Shown here: piece by piece, positions 30,797 to 39,823 of the stretch
How the letters are laid out: each line of letters opens with the position of its first letter
Position numbering within the stretch: position 1 is the first letter of the stretch
Source of the DNA: an uncultured Spirochaetota bacterium
Lineage (GTDB): Bacteria > Spirochaetota > Spirochaetia > SZUA-6 > Fen-1364
Assembly: GCA_963820525.1 (NCBI GenBank)
Contig: CAWGAA010000001.1
Span: 2,272,001 to 2,336,000 of the forward strand
Direction: 5' to 3'
DNA: 64,000 nucleotides
The notes under the pieces: model-generated
Databases searched by the model: none
The model's input: the letters and a program-made list of their open reading frames with translations, nothing else
Told to the model about the DNA's origin: nothing
Position numbers and translations under genes: made by a program

Positions 30797-31264
30797 ATGC
30801 CGGACGATGCAAAACAGCTCTTCGTCGAGAAAGCCGGTCTGCACTTCATGCAGCTCGGCATGCCCCGGATGGCGGGCCGGATTTTCGGCTGGCTTCTCAT
30901 ATCGGACTCCCCGACGGCCACTATGGGGGAGCTTGTGAAGGCATTGAAGGCCAGCAAGGGCTCCATCAGCAGCATGACCCGGCTCCTGATTCGGATGCAG
31001 CTGATAGAGCTCGCCAGCAGGGCGGGAGAGCGGCGCGATTTCTACGGGATCAGGGAGGATGCCTGGGTCAACGCGCTCTCCGCCCGCGTCGAGCAGGCGC
31101 GCGATTTCAGAAAGCTGGCCGAACGCGGGCTTGAGGCACTGGCAGAAGAGCCGCCGTCTCGGCGCGAGCGGCTGAAGGAGATGCTGGGGGTCTTCTCTTT
31201 CCTGGAGCGCGAGCTTCCCCTGCTGACCGAGGACTGGAAGCGGGAGCGCGGTGCTCATATGTGA
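30797..31264 (+). CDS. GbsR/MarR family transcriptional regulator
   Basis: GMPRMAGRIFGWLLI, LKASKGSISSMTRLL, GERRDFY; AGGAGG RBS. Confidence 0.88.
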   Translation: MPDDAKQLFVEKAGLHFMQLGMPRMAGRIFGWLLISDSPTATMGELVKALKASKGSISSMTRLLIRMQLIELASRAGERRDFYGIREDAWVNALSARVEQARDFRKLAERGLEALAEEPPSRRERLKEMLGVFSFLERELPLLTEDWKRERGAHM

Positions 31265-31463
31265 CGGGCCATCGGCGCTCAATTTACTTGACGCTCAGGC
31301 TCCCGCCGAGGCATTTTCCACTCAATGGGTTTCGCGTGCGTCATTGCGGCAACCGGGACGGAGAAACGCCTGAAACTCAAAAACAGCACCTCTACAAGGA
31401 GATTGTAGATGGAAGAAAGTGCCTATAAAGAGAGATGGAGAACAAATTCAAGAGGTAGCGCTC

Positions 31464-31850
31464 GTGAATCAACAGAAACAGAGGATCTCCGTCCTCATCG
31501 TCGACGACCATAAAATAGTTCGCGAAGGCCTCGCCGGTCTCTTGAAGCTCGAGCATGACATCGAAGTGGTTGGAGAGGCTCCGGACGGCCCGCAGGCAAT
31601 CGAGCTCGCCCAGAAGCTCAAGCCTGACGTCGTGATAATGGACATCAACATGCCCGGCATGAACGGGATCGAGACCACGAAGATCCTCACCTCAAGGATA
31701 CCGGGGATAAAGATCATCGGCCTTTCCGTTCACTTCGAGATCGACATCGCCTCCGCGATGAAGGAAGCCGGCGCCATCGCCTACGTGACCAAGGGAGGCG
31801 CATCGGAAGACCTTCTTTCCGTCATTCGAAGCTGTCACAAACAGCAATAA
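31464..31850 (+). CDS. Stand-alone response regulator receiver (NarL-type REC, no output domain)
   Basis: VLIVDDHKIVREGL, PDVVIMDINMP, GLSVH, YVTK; ends right after the REC domain. Confidence 0.88.
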   Translation: MNQQKQRISVLIVDDHKIVREGLAGLLKLEHDIEVVGEAPDGPQAIELAQKLKPDVVIMDINMPGMNGIETTKILTSRIPGIKIIGLSVHFEIDIASAMKEAGAIAYVTKGGASEDLLSVIRSCHKQQ

Positions 31851-31897
31851 GGCTGCACGGCAGACCCGAAAGCGGCCCAGCCCGCCCATGAATCACC

Positions 31898-34054
31898 CTA
31901 CTTCGATGTCATGACCCAGACGCCCGCCCAGGGGCCTTGCGACGGGCTTGCGATGAGCTCGCCGCACTTCTCGGCGTACGCCGCCGCCGGCGGATCCTGA
32001 TCCGAGATGCTGGAAAACACCTCCCGCGCTTCGGCAAACCGGCCGTCGTAGAAGAGAGAGAGCCCCCGGCCGAACGCCTCGATCTCCCTTGCCCTTGCTG
32101 AAAAGACCTCGGGAAACATCGGCTCGTACACCGTGACCGGCTCCTTTCTCCCCACGACGGCCACACGGGCTATCTCACGGGCGGGAAAAGCGCCGCCCGC
32201 CTTGCCCATGGTCGCGGCGGAAGCCATCGTGTAGGACCGGAACTGCTTGTTGGTCCCTTCCAGCCGGGAGGCGAGGTTCACGGCGTCCCCCAGCATCGTG
32301 TAGTTGAAGCGCGTGTGCGAGCCCATGTTTCCCACCACGGCCGGGCCCGAGTGCATTCCGATGCGCATGTAAAGGAACTTGCCCACACGCGAATGCAGGG
32401 CGGGACGCATCTGCTCGAGCTTCGCCTGGCAGCGGAGCGCCGCGCGGATGGCGCGCCTGGCATGATCGTCCTGGGAGACCGGCGCGTTCCAGAAGGCGAT
32501 GATGGCATCCCCCTCGTATTTATCGATGGTTCCGCCCTCCTCCTGGATGATGTCCGTCATGGCGGAAAGGTACTCGTTCAACAGCGTGGTGAGGTCCTCC
32601 GGGCTCAGCACCTCGGAGATGCTCGTGAAGCCCTGGAGGTCCGAGAAGAAGATGGAAAGCTCCCTTTTCTCGCCTCCCAGCTTCAGCCGCTCGGGGTGTG
32701 CAATGAGCTCCTCGATGACGTCGGAGCTCAAGTACTGCTTGAACGCGCCCTTGATGTAGCGTTTCTGGCGGCCTTCGGTTGCGTAGCTGGCGAGACTGGA
32801 GCCCACGAGGGCGATAGCGACGCCCGTTTCCAGGGCCAGGATCTGAAGCCAGTAGCCCAGGGCGTACGCCGCCAGGCCGAGCGCAGGGGCGAGGGGGAGG
32901 AAAGCCCCATAGATCAGGACGCTCCTTCCGGCGCCGGACACGCTCGAGGCCGATATCCCAGCCCCCGCGCAGAGCAGGACCAACAGGGCGATCATGGCCC
33001 ATGGCGGGACGGCGCTGATGAAATCGTTGGAGAGGAGGTTGTCCAGCATCGTGGCGTGTACCTCCACTCCGGGAGAGACCCCTCCCATGGGCGTCGGCTT
33101 GACGTCCAGGAGGGCGGGGGCCGTGTCTCCGAAGAAAACGTACTTGCCGGCGAGCCTGCTAGGATCGATGTTGGGCTCTTTCCCTTCTTGGAGCTGAAGC
33201 TCGCTCTGGATAACGGCGCCGGCCGGCAAGGCCAGGTGCGTCTTGGTGGGCCCCCGGTATCGGAGGATCGCGCGCCCCTCGGAATCGATGGGCACGGAGA
33301 GCCCGTCCACGGTGAGGAGCCCCGGCTTGATGCTTACGACATGCTCTCCCGGATTGCCTGCGAGGTAGGCGGCCAGGCCCTGGGAGGGCACAACCCTGCC
33401 GTCAAAGGTATTGAAGAGCGCCGCCCTGCGCAGCACCGTGTCAGGGTCCGGGCTCAAATTCGTATTGGCCAGCATCCGGGCCGCCTTCGCCACCTCGGGG
33501 ATGGGAAAGCTTGCAAAGGGAAAAGCCAGCGTGCGGGGCTTGACGGACCCGATCCATTCCTGGAGCCCGAAAACTTGAATCTGGCTCTGGGGAAGGTCAG
33601 GCGGCCAGCTTCGAGCCTCCGCGTTCGCCTTTCCCAGGAAAAACGAGTTTACCACCCTGCCGTTCGCAGAAATGGCGCGGCCCAGGCTTTCGTCGTCAGC
33701 CACGCCGATGGGCGATGCCTCGCTGAACAAGAGGTCGAATATCAGCGCTTTCGCGCCCGCCCTCCGGCAGAAATCTGCAATAACCGAAAATACCTCCCTC
33801 GGCCATGGCCAGGGAAGCCCATTCACGTTTTTTCCCCAGTCAAGACTTTCCTGGTCCCGAAAAATGAAGACGATTTTATCGCTCTCCCTGCCCGGGCGCG
33901 CGAAAAGCTGCTCGCGCCAGTCCCACGTTTTGGCCTCGAAGCCCCCGAATGCGCCGGTAAGCCAGATCAGGAGGCCAAGAGCGACGCCCACCCCGGCTAT
34001 GATGCAGCCCTGCGTCAGCCTGCGGAGGGACCGCGCGGTTCCAGCGGCGGCCAT
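31898..34054 (-). CDS. CHASE2-domain class III adenylate/guanylate cyclase
   Basis: WPWPRE, PGVEVHATMLDNLL, three TMs, FFSDLQGFTSISE, DKYEGDAI, NYTMLGDAVNLASRLEG, C-terminal TPR-like tail. Confidence 0.93.
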   Translation of the reverse strand: MAAAGTARSLRRLTQGCIIAGVGVALGLLIWLTGAFGGFEAKTWDWREQLFARPGRESDKIVFIFRDQESLDWGKNVNGLPWPWPREVFSVIADFCRRAGAKALIFDLLFSEASPIGVADDESLGRAISANGRVVNSFFLGKANAEARSWPPDLPQSQIQVFGLQEWIGSVKPRTLAFPFASFPIPEVAKAARMLANTNLSPDPDTVLRRAALFNTFDGRVVPSQGLAAYLAGNPGEHVVSIKPGLLTVDGLSVPIDSEGRAILRYRGPTKTHLALPAGAVIQSELQLQEGKEPNIDPSRLAGKYVFFGDTAPALLDVKPTPMGGVSPGVEVHATMLDNLLSNDFISAVPPWAMIALLVLLCAGAGISASSVSGAGRSVLIYGAFLPLAPALGLAAYALGYWLQILALETGVAIALVGSSLASYATEGRQKRYIKGAFKQYLSSDVIEELIAHPERLKLGGEKRELSIFFSDLQGFTSISEVLSPEDLTTLLNEYLSAMTDIIQEEGGTIDKYEGDAIIAFWNAPVSQDDHARRAIRAALRCQAKLEQMRPALHSRVGKFLYMRIGMHSGPAVVGNMGSHTRFNYTMLGDAVNLASRLEGTNKQFRSYTMASAATMGKAGGAFPAREIARVAVVGRKEPVTVYEPMFPEVFSARAREIEAFGRGLSLFYDGRFAEAREVFSSISDQDPPAAAYAEKCGELIASPSQGPWAGVWVMTSK

Positions 34055-34062
34055 GCGGCGGC

Positions 34063-34968
34063 TCAGATGGCGCCGAGGGCCGCCTGGAAGCGGGCCTTGC
34101 GCGCGGCAGGGGCGGGGGCGGCGGGAGCCGCTTTGCCGATGGCGCCCTGCACGTCCTTGATGCGGTCTTCGGGGTCGGGGTGGGTCTTGGCAAAGTCGAC
34201 CCCTCCCGGCTTGAGCTTCTTTTCCATGACCTTGAGCATGCGCACGAGGGCCTGGGGATCGTAGCCGACCTTCTGGAGAATGACCACGGCCTGATGGTCG
34301 GCCTCGGACTCCTGGGCGCGCGAGTAGCCCGAATTGACCAGCGTTGAGGTGATATCCGTGATTGAACCCTCGAAGTCGGCGGTGAGCTGTGCCACCTCCT
34401 CGGGGCTCGCCATCTCCGCGGCAGTTATCGCCGTGCTGGTGAGCGCGGATGTGATGCGGGAGGTCTTGATCGCCTTCAGGGCGTGATCCTTGACCACGTG
34501 GCCGATCTCGTGCGCCAGGATGACCGCCGCCTCGTCCTCGTTCTCTGCGCAGCGCAGCAGGCCGCGCGTCACCAGAATCAGCCCGCCGGGAGCGGCGAAG
34601 GCGTTGATCTCATCGGAATCGAGGATCTGGAAGTGATATCCGCCGAAGGTTTCGGGACGGTCGCTGGCGAGCGCCAGGCTGGTGCCCAGGAGGTTGAGGT
34701 AGGCATTGGCCTTCGCGTCCCCGTAGGCGGTGTACTTGTTGAGAATGACGGCTGCCACCGCGCGGCCGATGTAGTATTCCTGCTCCGGGGTGATGTCCTC
34801 GAAGACCGCCTCTGCGCTCTTGTTGATTGAGGACGCCTGCCCCTCGCTGATACTGCCCGTCGCCACGCCCACCGTGGTGATCGCCTTGCTGATGTCTCCC
34901 AGGCTTTCGCAGCCGGAAACAAAGAACGCCAGGAAAACGAGCAGAAAGAGCGCGCATATCGTTTTCAC
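34063..34968 (-). CDS. M48 family metalloprotease lipoprotein
   Basis: GTG start overlapping the upstream stop; lipobox FVSGC; INAFAAPGG, LAHEIGH, YSRAQESEAD, THP. Confidence 0.88.
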   Translation of the reverse strand: MKTICALFLLVFLAFFVSGCESLGDISKAITTVGVATGSISEGQASSINKSAEAVFEDITPEQEYYIGRAVAAVILNKYTAYGDAKANAYLNLLGTSLALASDRPETFGGYHFQILDSDEINAFAAPGGLILVTRGLLRCAENEDEAAVILAHEIGHVVKDHALKAIKTSRITSALTSTAITAAEMASPEEVAQLTADFEGSITDITSTLVNSGYSRAQESEADHQAVVILQKVGYDPQALVRMLKVMEKKLKPGGVDFAKTHPDPEDRIKDVQGAIGKAAPAAPAPAARKARFQAALGAI

Positions 34969-35444
34969 CGATCGCCTCCCAGGTCCCCTGACAGCCCACC
35001 CTTGGACAGAAAGGCGGCGACCTGGTCGGGGGTGACTATGTAGGTGGTCGCCATGCGGTCCACCCACGTGTAGTCCAGCTTCTCGTCGCTCTTGTATTTG
35101 GCCTCCACCTCCTTGTTGAACCCCTTGCCGGCGAGGGCCATCTCTCCGCTCGACGCGATCTGGCTCACGTCCTCGGAGCCCGCCTTGAGCACGTACTTTT
35201 TTGTCGAAAGGGCGGAGAGGCTCACCCATCCCTGCTTGCCGGAAAAGCTCACCTTGGCCCACGCGCCCTGGGTGGACTGGACCTCGACCCGGTCCGTATA
35301 GGCGAGCTTGGCGAGGACTTTCCCCAGGAAGCTTGGCGTGGCCCTGATGAACGTCTCCTTGACCGAAACGCTCATCTCATCGCCAAAGGCGGCGGCCGTA
35401 CAGATGAGCAGAACGGCTGCCCACACAATCCGCAATCGCGACAT
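34965..35444 (-). CDS. Secreted SH3b-domain protein
   Basis: Signal peptide; IRATPSFLGKV..GAWAKV..GWV; ALAGKGFNKEVE tail. Confidence 0.8.
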   Translation of the reverse strand: MSRLRIVWAAVLLICTAAAFGDEMSVSVKETFIRATPSFLGKVLAKLAYTDRVEVQSTQGAWAKVSFSGKQGWVSLSALSTKKYVLKAGSEDVSQIASSGEMALAGKGFNKEVEAKYKSDEKLDYTWVDRMATTYIVTPDQVAAFLSKGGLSGDLGGDR

Positions 35445-35554
35445 GGGGACCCTCCTCTCGCCGGGCGCGGCGATCCTTCCCGCCATGGTAGCGAGAATCC
35501 CGCCCGTTGTCATCATTCTCTTGATTTTTTCCCGTCTTTCTGTACACCAGAAGC

Positions 35555-36208
35555 GTGACGGCCAAAGAGAGGAAAGAGGCGCTCCTCGGCATCGGCCAGA
35601 GGCTCTTCGCGCTCCAGGGGTATCGCGATGTGAGCGTCCGGGACATCACGGAGGCGGCGGGCCTGGGGACGGCCAGCTTCTACACCTACTTCCCCAGCAA
35701 GGAATCCTTCTACGCCCAGATCATCGACCGGCTCGAGCAGAGAGAGATCAAGGAAATCGAGAGGCGGGTGGGCGGGTTCCAGTCCCCGCTCAACAAGCTG
35801 AAAGCCCTCTTCCGCTCCATCATGAGCGACATGCAGAGAAACGAGATCCTCCGCGGCGTCTACGCCCGGGAGAAGCGCTTCCTGTACCCCGGCCTGGCAG
35901 AGGGCACCCTGCGTGAAACCGGCCTTCCCGCCTACTTCGAGGGGCTGGTCGAGAAGATACTGGCGGAAGGCGCCAGGAAGGGGATCTTCCGCACGAGCGT
36001 GTTCAGGAATCCCAAGCAGATGCTGCTCGCCATCTTCAGATCGCTTCTCATGGACAGCCGGCCCGGCAGCGCCGAGGATCTCATCTCGGACGTGTCCCTG
36101 CTGGTGGAGCGCGGGATAAAGAGGTGGCTGCGCCTGCGCATGAGGGATGAGAGGCTGGACAGACGGGCCTCGCGGATCCCCGGAAGCCCTGAAAAACAAA
36201 CCGAATAA
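35555..36208 (+). CDS. TetR/AcrR family transcriptional regulator
   Basis: [29 protein letters not shown]. Confidence 0.9.
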   Translation: MTAKERKEALLGIGQRLFALQGYRDVSVRDITEAAGLGTASFYTYFPSKESFYAQIIDRLEQREIKEIERRVGGFQSPLNKLKALFRSIMSDMQRNEILRGVYAREKRFLYPGLAEGTLRETGLPAYFEGLVEKILAEGARKGIFRTSVFRNPKQMLLAIFRSLLMDSRPGSAEDLISDVSLLVERGIKRWLRLRMRDERLDRRASRIPGSPEKQTE

Positions 36209-36366
36209 TCCATTCGAATATTCGGCCCGCATTCCCCGCGCGCGGCCCCGGGGGCGGGATTCTCGCGAAAAACCCCGCGTTTTTCGATGATTTTTGGTAT
36301 TCCCGGCGCATTCTGTTGACATTGACATCGACGAATGACCAGATGGTTTTTGCGGGGAGGAAGAAT

Positions 36367-37158
36367 GTGATCGACGTTCTGGCCATCCGTGGTGGAAACG
36401 ACAAATCAGGCATGCCTGAGAACGTGCGGGAAGTGTGCATCCGCCGGGGAGAGATCGTCGGGGTGGTGGGGCCGACGGGAAGCGGAAAAAGCTCCCTGAT
36501 CGCGGATATCGAGCAGCTGGCCCAGGGCGACACACCGACGCGCAGGCACATCCTGATCAACGGCCGCGAGCCGCTGCGGGAGGAGCGCACAGACCCGAAG
36601 AGAAAAATAGTGGCCGAGCTCTCGCAGAACATGAACTTCCTTGCCAACATGTCGGTGGGCGATTTCCTGCGGCTCCACGCCAAGTGCAGGAGGGCTCACG
36701 GCGTGGAGGCCGCTCACGTCATCGAGCTTGCCAACGGGCTCACGGGAGAGCCGATCAGGGAGGACGAGGAGCTCACCATCCTGAGCGGCGGCCAATCCCG
36801 CGCGCTCATGGTGGCCGACGTGGCGCTCATCAGCGACTCCCCCATCGTATTGGTGGACGAGATCGAGAACGCAGGGATCAAGAAGCACGATGCCCTGAGG
36901 CTCCTCTCGGGCCACGGAAAGATCGTTCTCGTGGTGACCCACGACCCGGTGCTCGCCCTGATGGCCGAGCGGCGGATCATCATGAAAATGGGCGGCATGG
37001 CGAAGGTGGCCGAGACCTCCCGGGGAGAGAAGATCCTCGCCCAGAGGCTTCGGAGGATGGACGAATGGATGCTCACCCTGCGGGAGCTGGTCCGGCAGGG
37101 CGAGCCGCTTGAGGACGTGACCCATCTCGCGGGGGTGCAATCGGGGATCATGGCGTGA
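36367..37158 (+). CDS. Stand-alone ABC-type ATPase (no permease)
   Basis: [51 protein letters not shown] before GTG 36367. Confidence 0.88.
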   Translation: MIDVLAIRGGNDKSGMPENVREVCIRRGEIVGVVGPTGSGKSSLIADIEQLAQGDTPTRRHILINGREPLREERTDPKRKIVAELSQNMNFLANMSVGDFLRLHAKCRRAHGVEAAHVIELANGLTGEPIREDEELTILSGGQSRALMVADVALISDSPIVLVDEIENAGIKKHDALRLLSGHGKIVLVVTHDPVLALMAERRIIMKMGGMAKVAETSRGEKILAQRLRRMDEWMLTLRELVRQGEPLEDVTHLAGVQSGIMA

Positions 37159-37856
37159 AGCTCATCATCGTTGCCGGGACGCCCGGCTCCGGCAAAACCT
37201 CCATCCTGGTGAACGCCGTGAGGCTCCTCAAGGCGGGCGGACGGTCGGTTTCCGTGGTGAAGATCGACTGCCTTGCCACCGACGACGACGAGCGCTACGC
37301 GCGGCTTTCCATCCCGACTCTCGTCGGGCTCGCCAAGGACGTCTGCCCGGATCACTACACCGTCTACAATATGGAGGAAATCCTCCAGTGGGCCAACGGC
37401 CTCTCGACGGAGTTCCTCCTCGTGGAGACGGCGGGGCTCTGCCACAGGTGCGCGCCCTACACTTCCGGATCCGCCGGGGTCTGCGTCATCGATGCCACCT
37501 CGGGACCAAACACCCCCTTGAAGGTCGGCCCCCTGTTGAGCACGGCCAACATCATCGTGATCACCAAGGGAGACGTCATCTCACAGGCGGAGAGGGAGAT
37601 CTTCCGGGAGCGCCTCTTGGAGATGAATCCCCGGGCAATGCTGATCGACGCCAATGGCTTAAGCGGTCAGGGCGCAGCCGAGCTCGTGGCGCTTGTCCGG
37701 GACTGGCCGGAGGTGAATCTGGAAGACGAGCGGCTGCGGCACACGGCTCCGCTTTCCGTATGCACCCTCTGCGCGGGAGAGACCCGGGTGGCGCGGGAGC
37801 ACCACCGGGGGATCCTGCGGCGCATCGACGGTTTCCAGTCCTACACGGGTGAGTGA
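37155..37856 (+). CDS. HypB/UreG/CobW-like SIMIBI GTP-binding protein, Cys-rich
   Basis: [45 protein letters not shown] overlap. Confidence 0.85.
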   Translation: MKLIIVAGTPGSGKTSILVNAVRLLKAGGRSVSVVKIDCLATDDDERYARLSIPTLVGLAKDVCPDHYTVYNMEEILQWANGLSTEFLLVETAGLCHRCAPYTSGSAGVCVIDATSGPNTPLKVGPLLSTANIIVITKGDVISQAEREIFRERLLEMNPRAMLIDANGLSGQGAAELVALVRDWPEVNLEDERLRHTAPLSVCTLCAGETRVAREHHRGILRRIDGFQSYTGE

Positions 37857-38523
37857 AGTGAAGAGTGACCCCGCCCGGCACCTCCCCGGCCACAACTGCG
37901 GCGCATGCGGCCACGCGCGCTGCGACTCTTTCGCCGCCGCGCTCGCGGAGGGCAGGGCGGGCGTCACGGACTGCCTCGTTCTCCAGCAGGAACGCTACAG
38001 CGGCCAAAGGAGGCTCCTGGAAGAGCTTTTCGGGGGCCGGGAACGGGAGCGGGTGGGACCACGGCCCGAAAAACCCGTGGGGCTGATAGACGGATACGAG
38101 GCGGATTTCGTTCTCGCTCCCCTTCGGGGGGAGGGATCGTGCCGGGAGATTCTCATGCAGGTGACTCCTTCGGCGGTGGGCGCCGGGGACGTGATTCGCT
38201 ACAGGCCCTTGGGATGCCCGGTCACCCATTTCGCGCGGATCATAGAAAAAAGAGACGGGCTTCTCGTGGTGCATGTTGTTGGCCCGCGGCACAGGCTCGG
38301 GGACGAGAGCTTCAACTTTGCGGAAATCGGCCTGTGCATGGTGATCGGTTTCGAAGGCGAGGTCCGGGGCACCCCGCCCGCGGTGGGCGAGACGGTGCGG
38401 TTCATGCCGGCCGAGTGCATGATGCAGAAGGTCCATTCCGGCGTCGTGGTGAGCTGTGAAGGAAAGAGAGTGCGACTCGAAGGGATAGACCTGAAGGTCT
38501 GGGCCCCCCCGGTGAAAAGATGA
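37849..38523 (+). CDS. Fe-S cluster-binding protein (RnfB/AcsC N-terminal-type 4-Cys domain + Cys-rich C-terminal domain)
   Basis: [14 protein letters not shown]...[31 protein letters not shown]. Confidence 0.82.
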   Translation: MSEVKSDPARHLPGHNCGACGHARCDSFAAALAEGRAGVTDCLVLQQERYSGQRRLLEELFGGRERERVGPRPEKPVGLIDGYEADFVLAPLRGEGSCREILMQVTPSAVGAGDVIRYRPLGCPVTHFARIIEKRDGLLVVHVVGPRHRLGDESFNFAEIGLCMVIGFEGEVRGTPPAVGETVRFMPAECMMQKVHSGVVVSCEGKRVRLEGIDLKVWAPPVKR

Positions 38524-39809
38524 ATCGCCATTACCACCTCTCGTGCGTGGCTTGCGGAAAGGCGCACGAGGACTCGAAAGAGGGTTTCTTCCTGGACTGC
38601 ACGGAGGAGCATCCCCCTTCCCTGCTTCGGGCGGTCTACAACAGAAAGGATTTCAACGTCAGGGAAGACCTCAGCGGAATCTTCCGCTATCTCGACTGGC
38701 TTCCCGTTCGAAGGTCTCTGGAATGCGGCGGCCGCCCCGTGGTCTACAGGAGCGAGCGGCTCGCCGGGAAGGTGGGCCTCGAGAGGCTGTTCGTCGCTTT
38801 CAGCGGCTACTGGCCCGAGCGGGGCGCGGGGATGGAGACATGCAGCTTCAAGGAGCTTGAGGCCCTGGCCGTTCTTGCCCGAATCCCCCTTGAAAGCGAG
38901 AAAAGCCTCGTGGTTTCCTCGGCGGGCAACACAGCCCGCGCCTTTCTCCAGATAGCGTCCCTCAATCGCATCCCCATCCTGGTTGTCGTTCCCGAGTCCG
39001 CGCTCCCCGACATGTGGATGACCGTGGAGAGGCACCCCGTCATCAGGCTGGCCGTCGTGAAGGGCAATGCCGACTACCTGGACGCCATCGAGCTGGGCAA
39101 TGCGATCGCCACCCTCGACGGCTTCCACCCCGAGGGGGGAGCCCGGAACATCGCCCGGCGTGACGGCATGGGCACGGTGCTGCTCTCCGCGGTGGAAGAG
39201 CTGGGTGAGATTCCCGCGCATTATTTCCAGGCCGTGGGAAGCGGGACGGGGGCAATCGCGGCCTGGGAGATGGCGGTGAGGCTCACAGCGGACGGCAGAT
39301 TCGGCTCGCGCGGAATGAGGCTGCACCTGGTGCAGAACGAGCCTTTCGCCATCATGACCCGCGCCTGGCAGGCGGGAAGCAGGGAGCTCCCCCAAACGGA
39401 TCCCCTCGAGGCGAAGAAAAAGATCGCCCTGATGCATTCCCGCGTGCTCTCCAACCGGAAGCCTCCCTATGGAATCGCCGGCGGAGTGTTCGACGCTCTT
39501 TCGGACACCGGTGGGCTGATGTATTCGGTTTCCAATGAGGAGGCGCGGGAGGCGGGCGGCCTCTTCGAATCCCTGGAGGGCGTCGATCTCGACCCCGCGG
39601 CAGAGGTGGCCCTCGCCGGAATGATCCAGGCCGTAAAGGCGGGAAGCGTGAATCCGGAAGAGACGGTGCTGCTCAACGTCACCGGCGGGGGGAGCGCACG
39701 GCTGGCGGCGGAGGGCAGAGCGCGGAAGGTGGAGCCTGACTTCATTTTCACGCCGGAGGACGCGAAGAGGATTCGAAGCGTTGAAACCCTGTTGATCAAG
39801 GCGAGCTGA
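38520..39809 (+). CDS. capA: Cysteate synthase
   Basis: FSGYWPERGA, TCSFKELEA, SSAGNTARAF, EGGARNIARRDGMGT, YFQAVGSGTG, VLSNRKPPY, LLNVTGGG, recalled as cysteate synthase motifs; adjacent to a cysteate acyltransferase-like gene. Confidence 0.87.
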   Translation: MNRHYHLSCVACGKAHEDSKEGFFLDCTEEHPPSLLRAVYNRKDFNVREDLSGIFRYLDWLPVRRSLECGGRPVVYRSERLAGKVGLERLFVAFSGYWPERGAGMETCSFKELEALAVLARIPLESEKSLVVSSAGNTARAFLQIASLNRIPILVVVPESALPDMWMTVERHPVIRLAVVKGNADYLDAIELGNAIATLDGFHPEGGARNIARRDGMGTVLLSAVEELGEIPAHYFQAVGSGTGAIAAWEMAVRLTADGRFGSRGMRLHLVQNEPFAIMTRAWQAGSRELPQTDPLEAKKKIALMHSRVLSNRKPPYGIAGGVFDALSDTGGLMYSVSNEEAREAGGLFESLEGVDLDPAAEVALAGMIQAVKAGSVNPEETVLLNVTGGGSARLAAEGRARKVEPDFIFTPEDAKRIRSVETLLIKAS

Positions 39810-39823
39810 GGAGGTCCGGCTTC

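Noticed and set aside
31265..31463. Possible structured leader before the response regulator
   Set aside because: One small hairpin (CTACAA..TTGTAG) and no known motif.
34969..35262. Extension making the M48 ORF 399 aa
   Set aside because: It overlaps the SH3 gene out of frame; the lipoprotein signal begins at GTG 34968.
38520..39809. Cysteate synthase as part of coenzyme M synthesis, or as plain threonine synthase
   Set aside because: No sulfopyruvate decarboxylase is nearby, the next gene is a cysteate acyltransferase type, and the motifs differ from ThrC.
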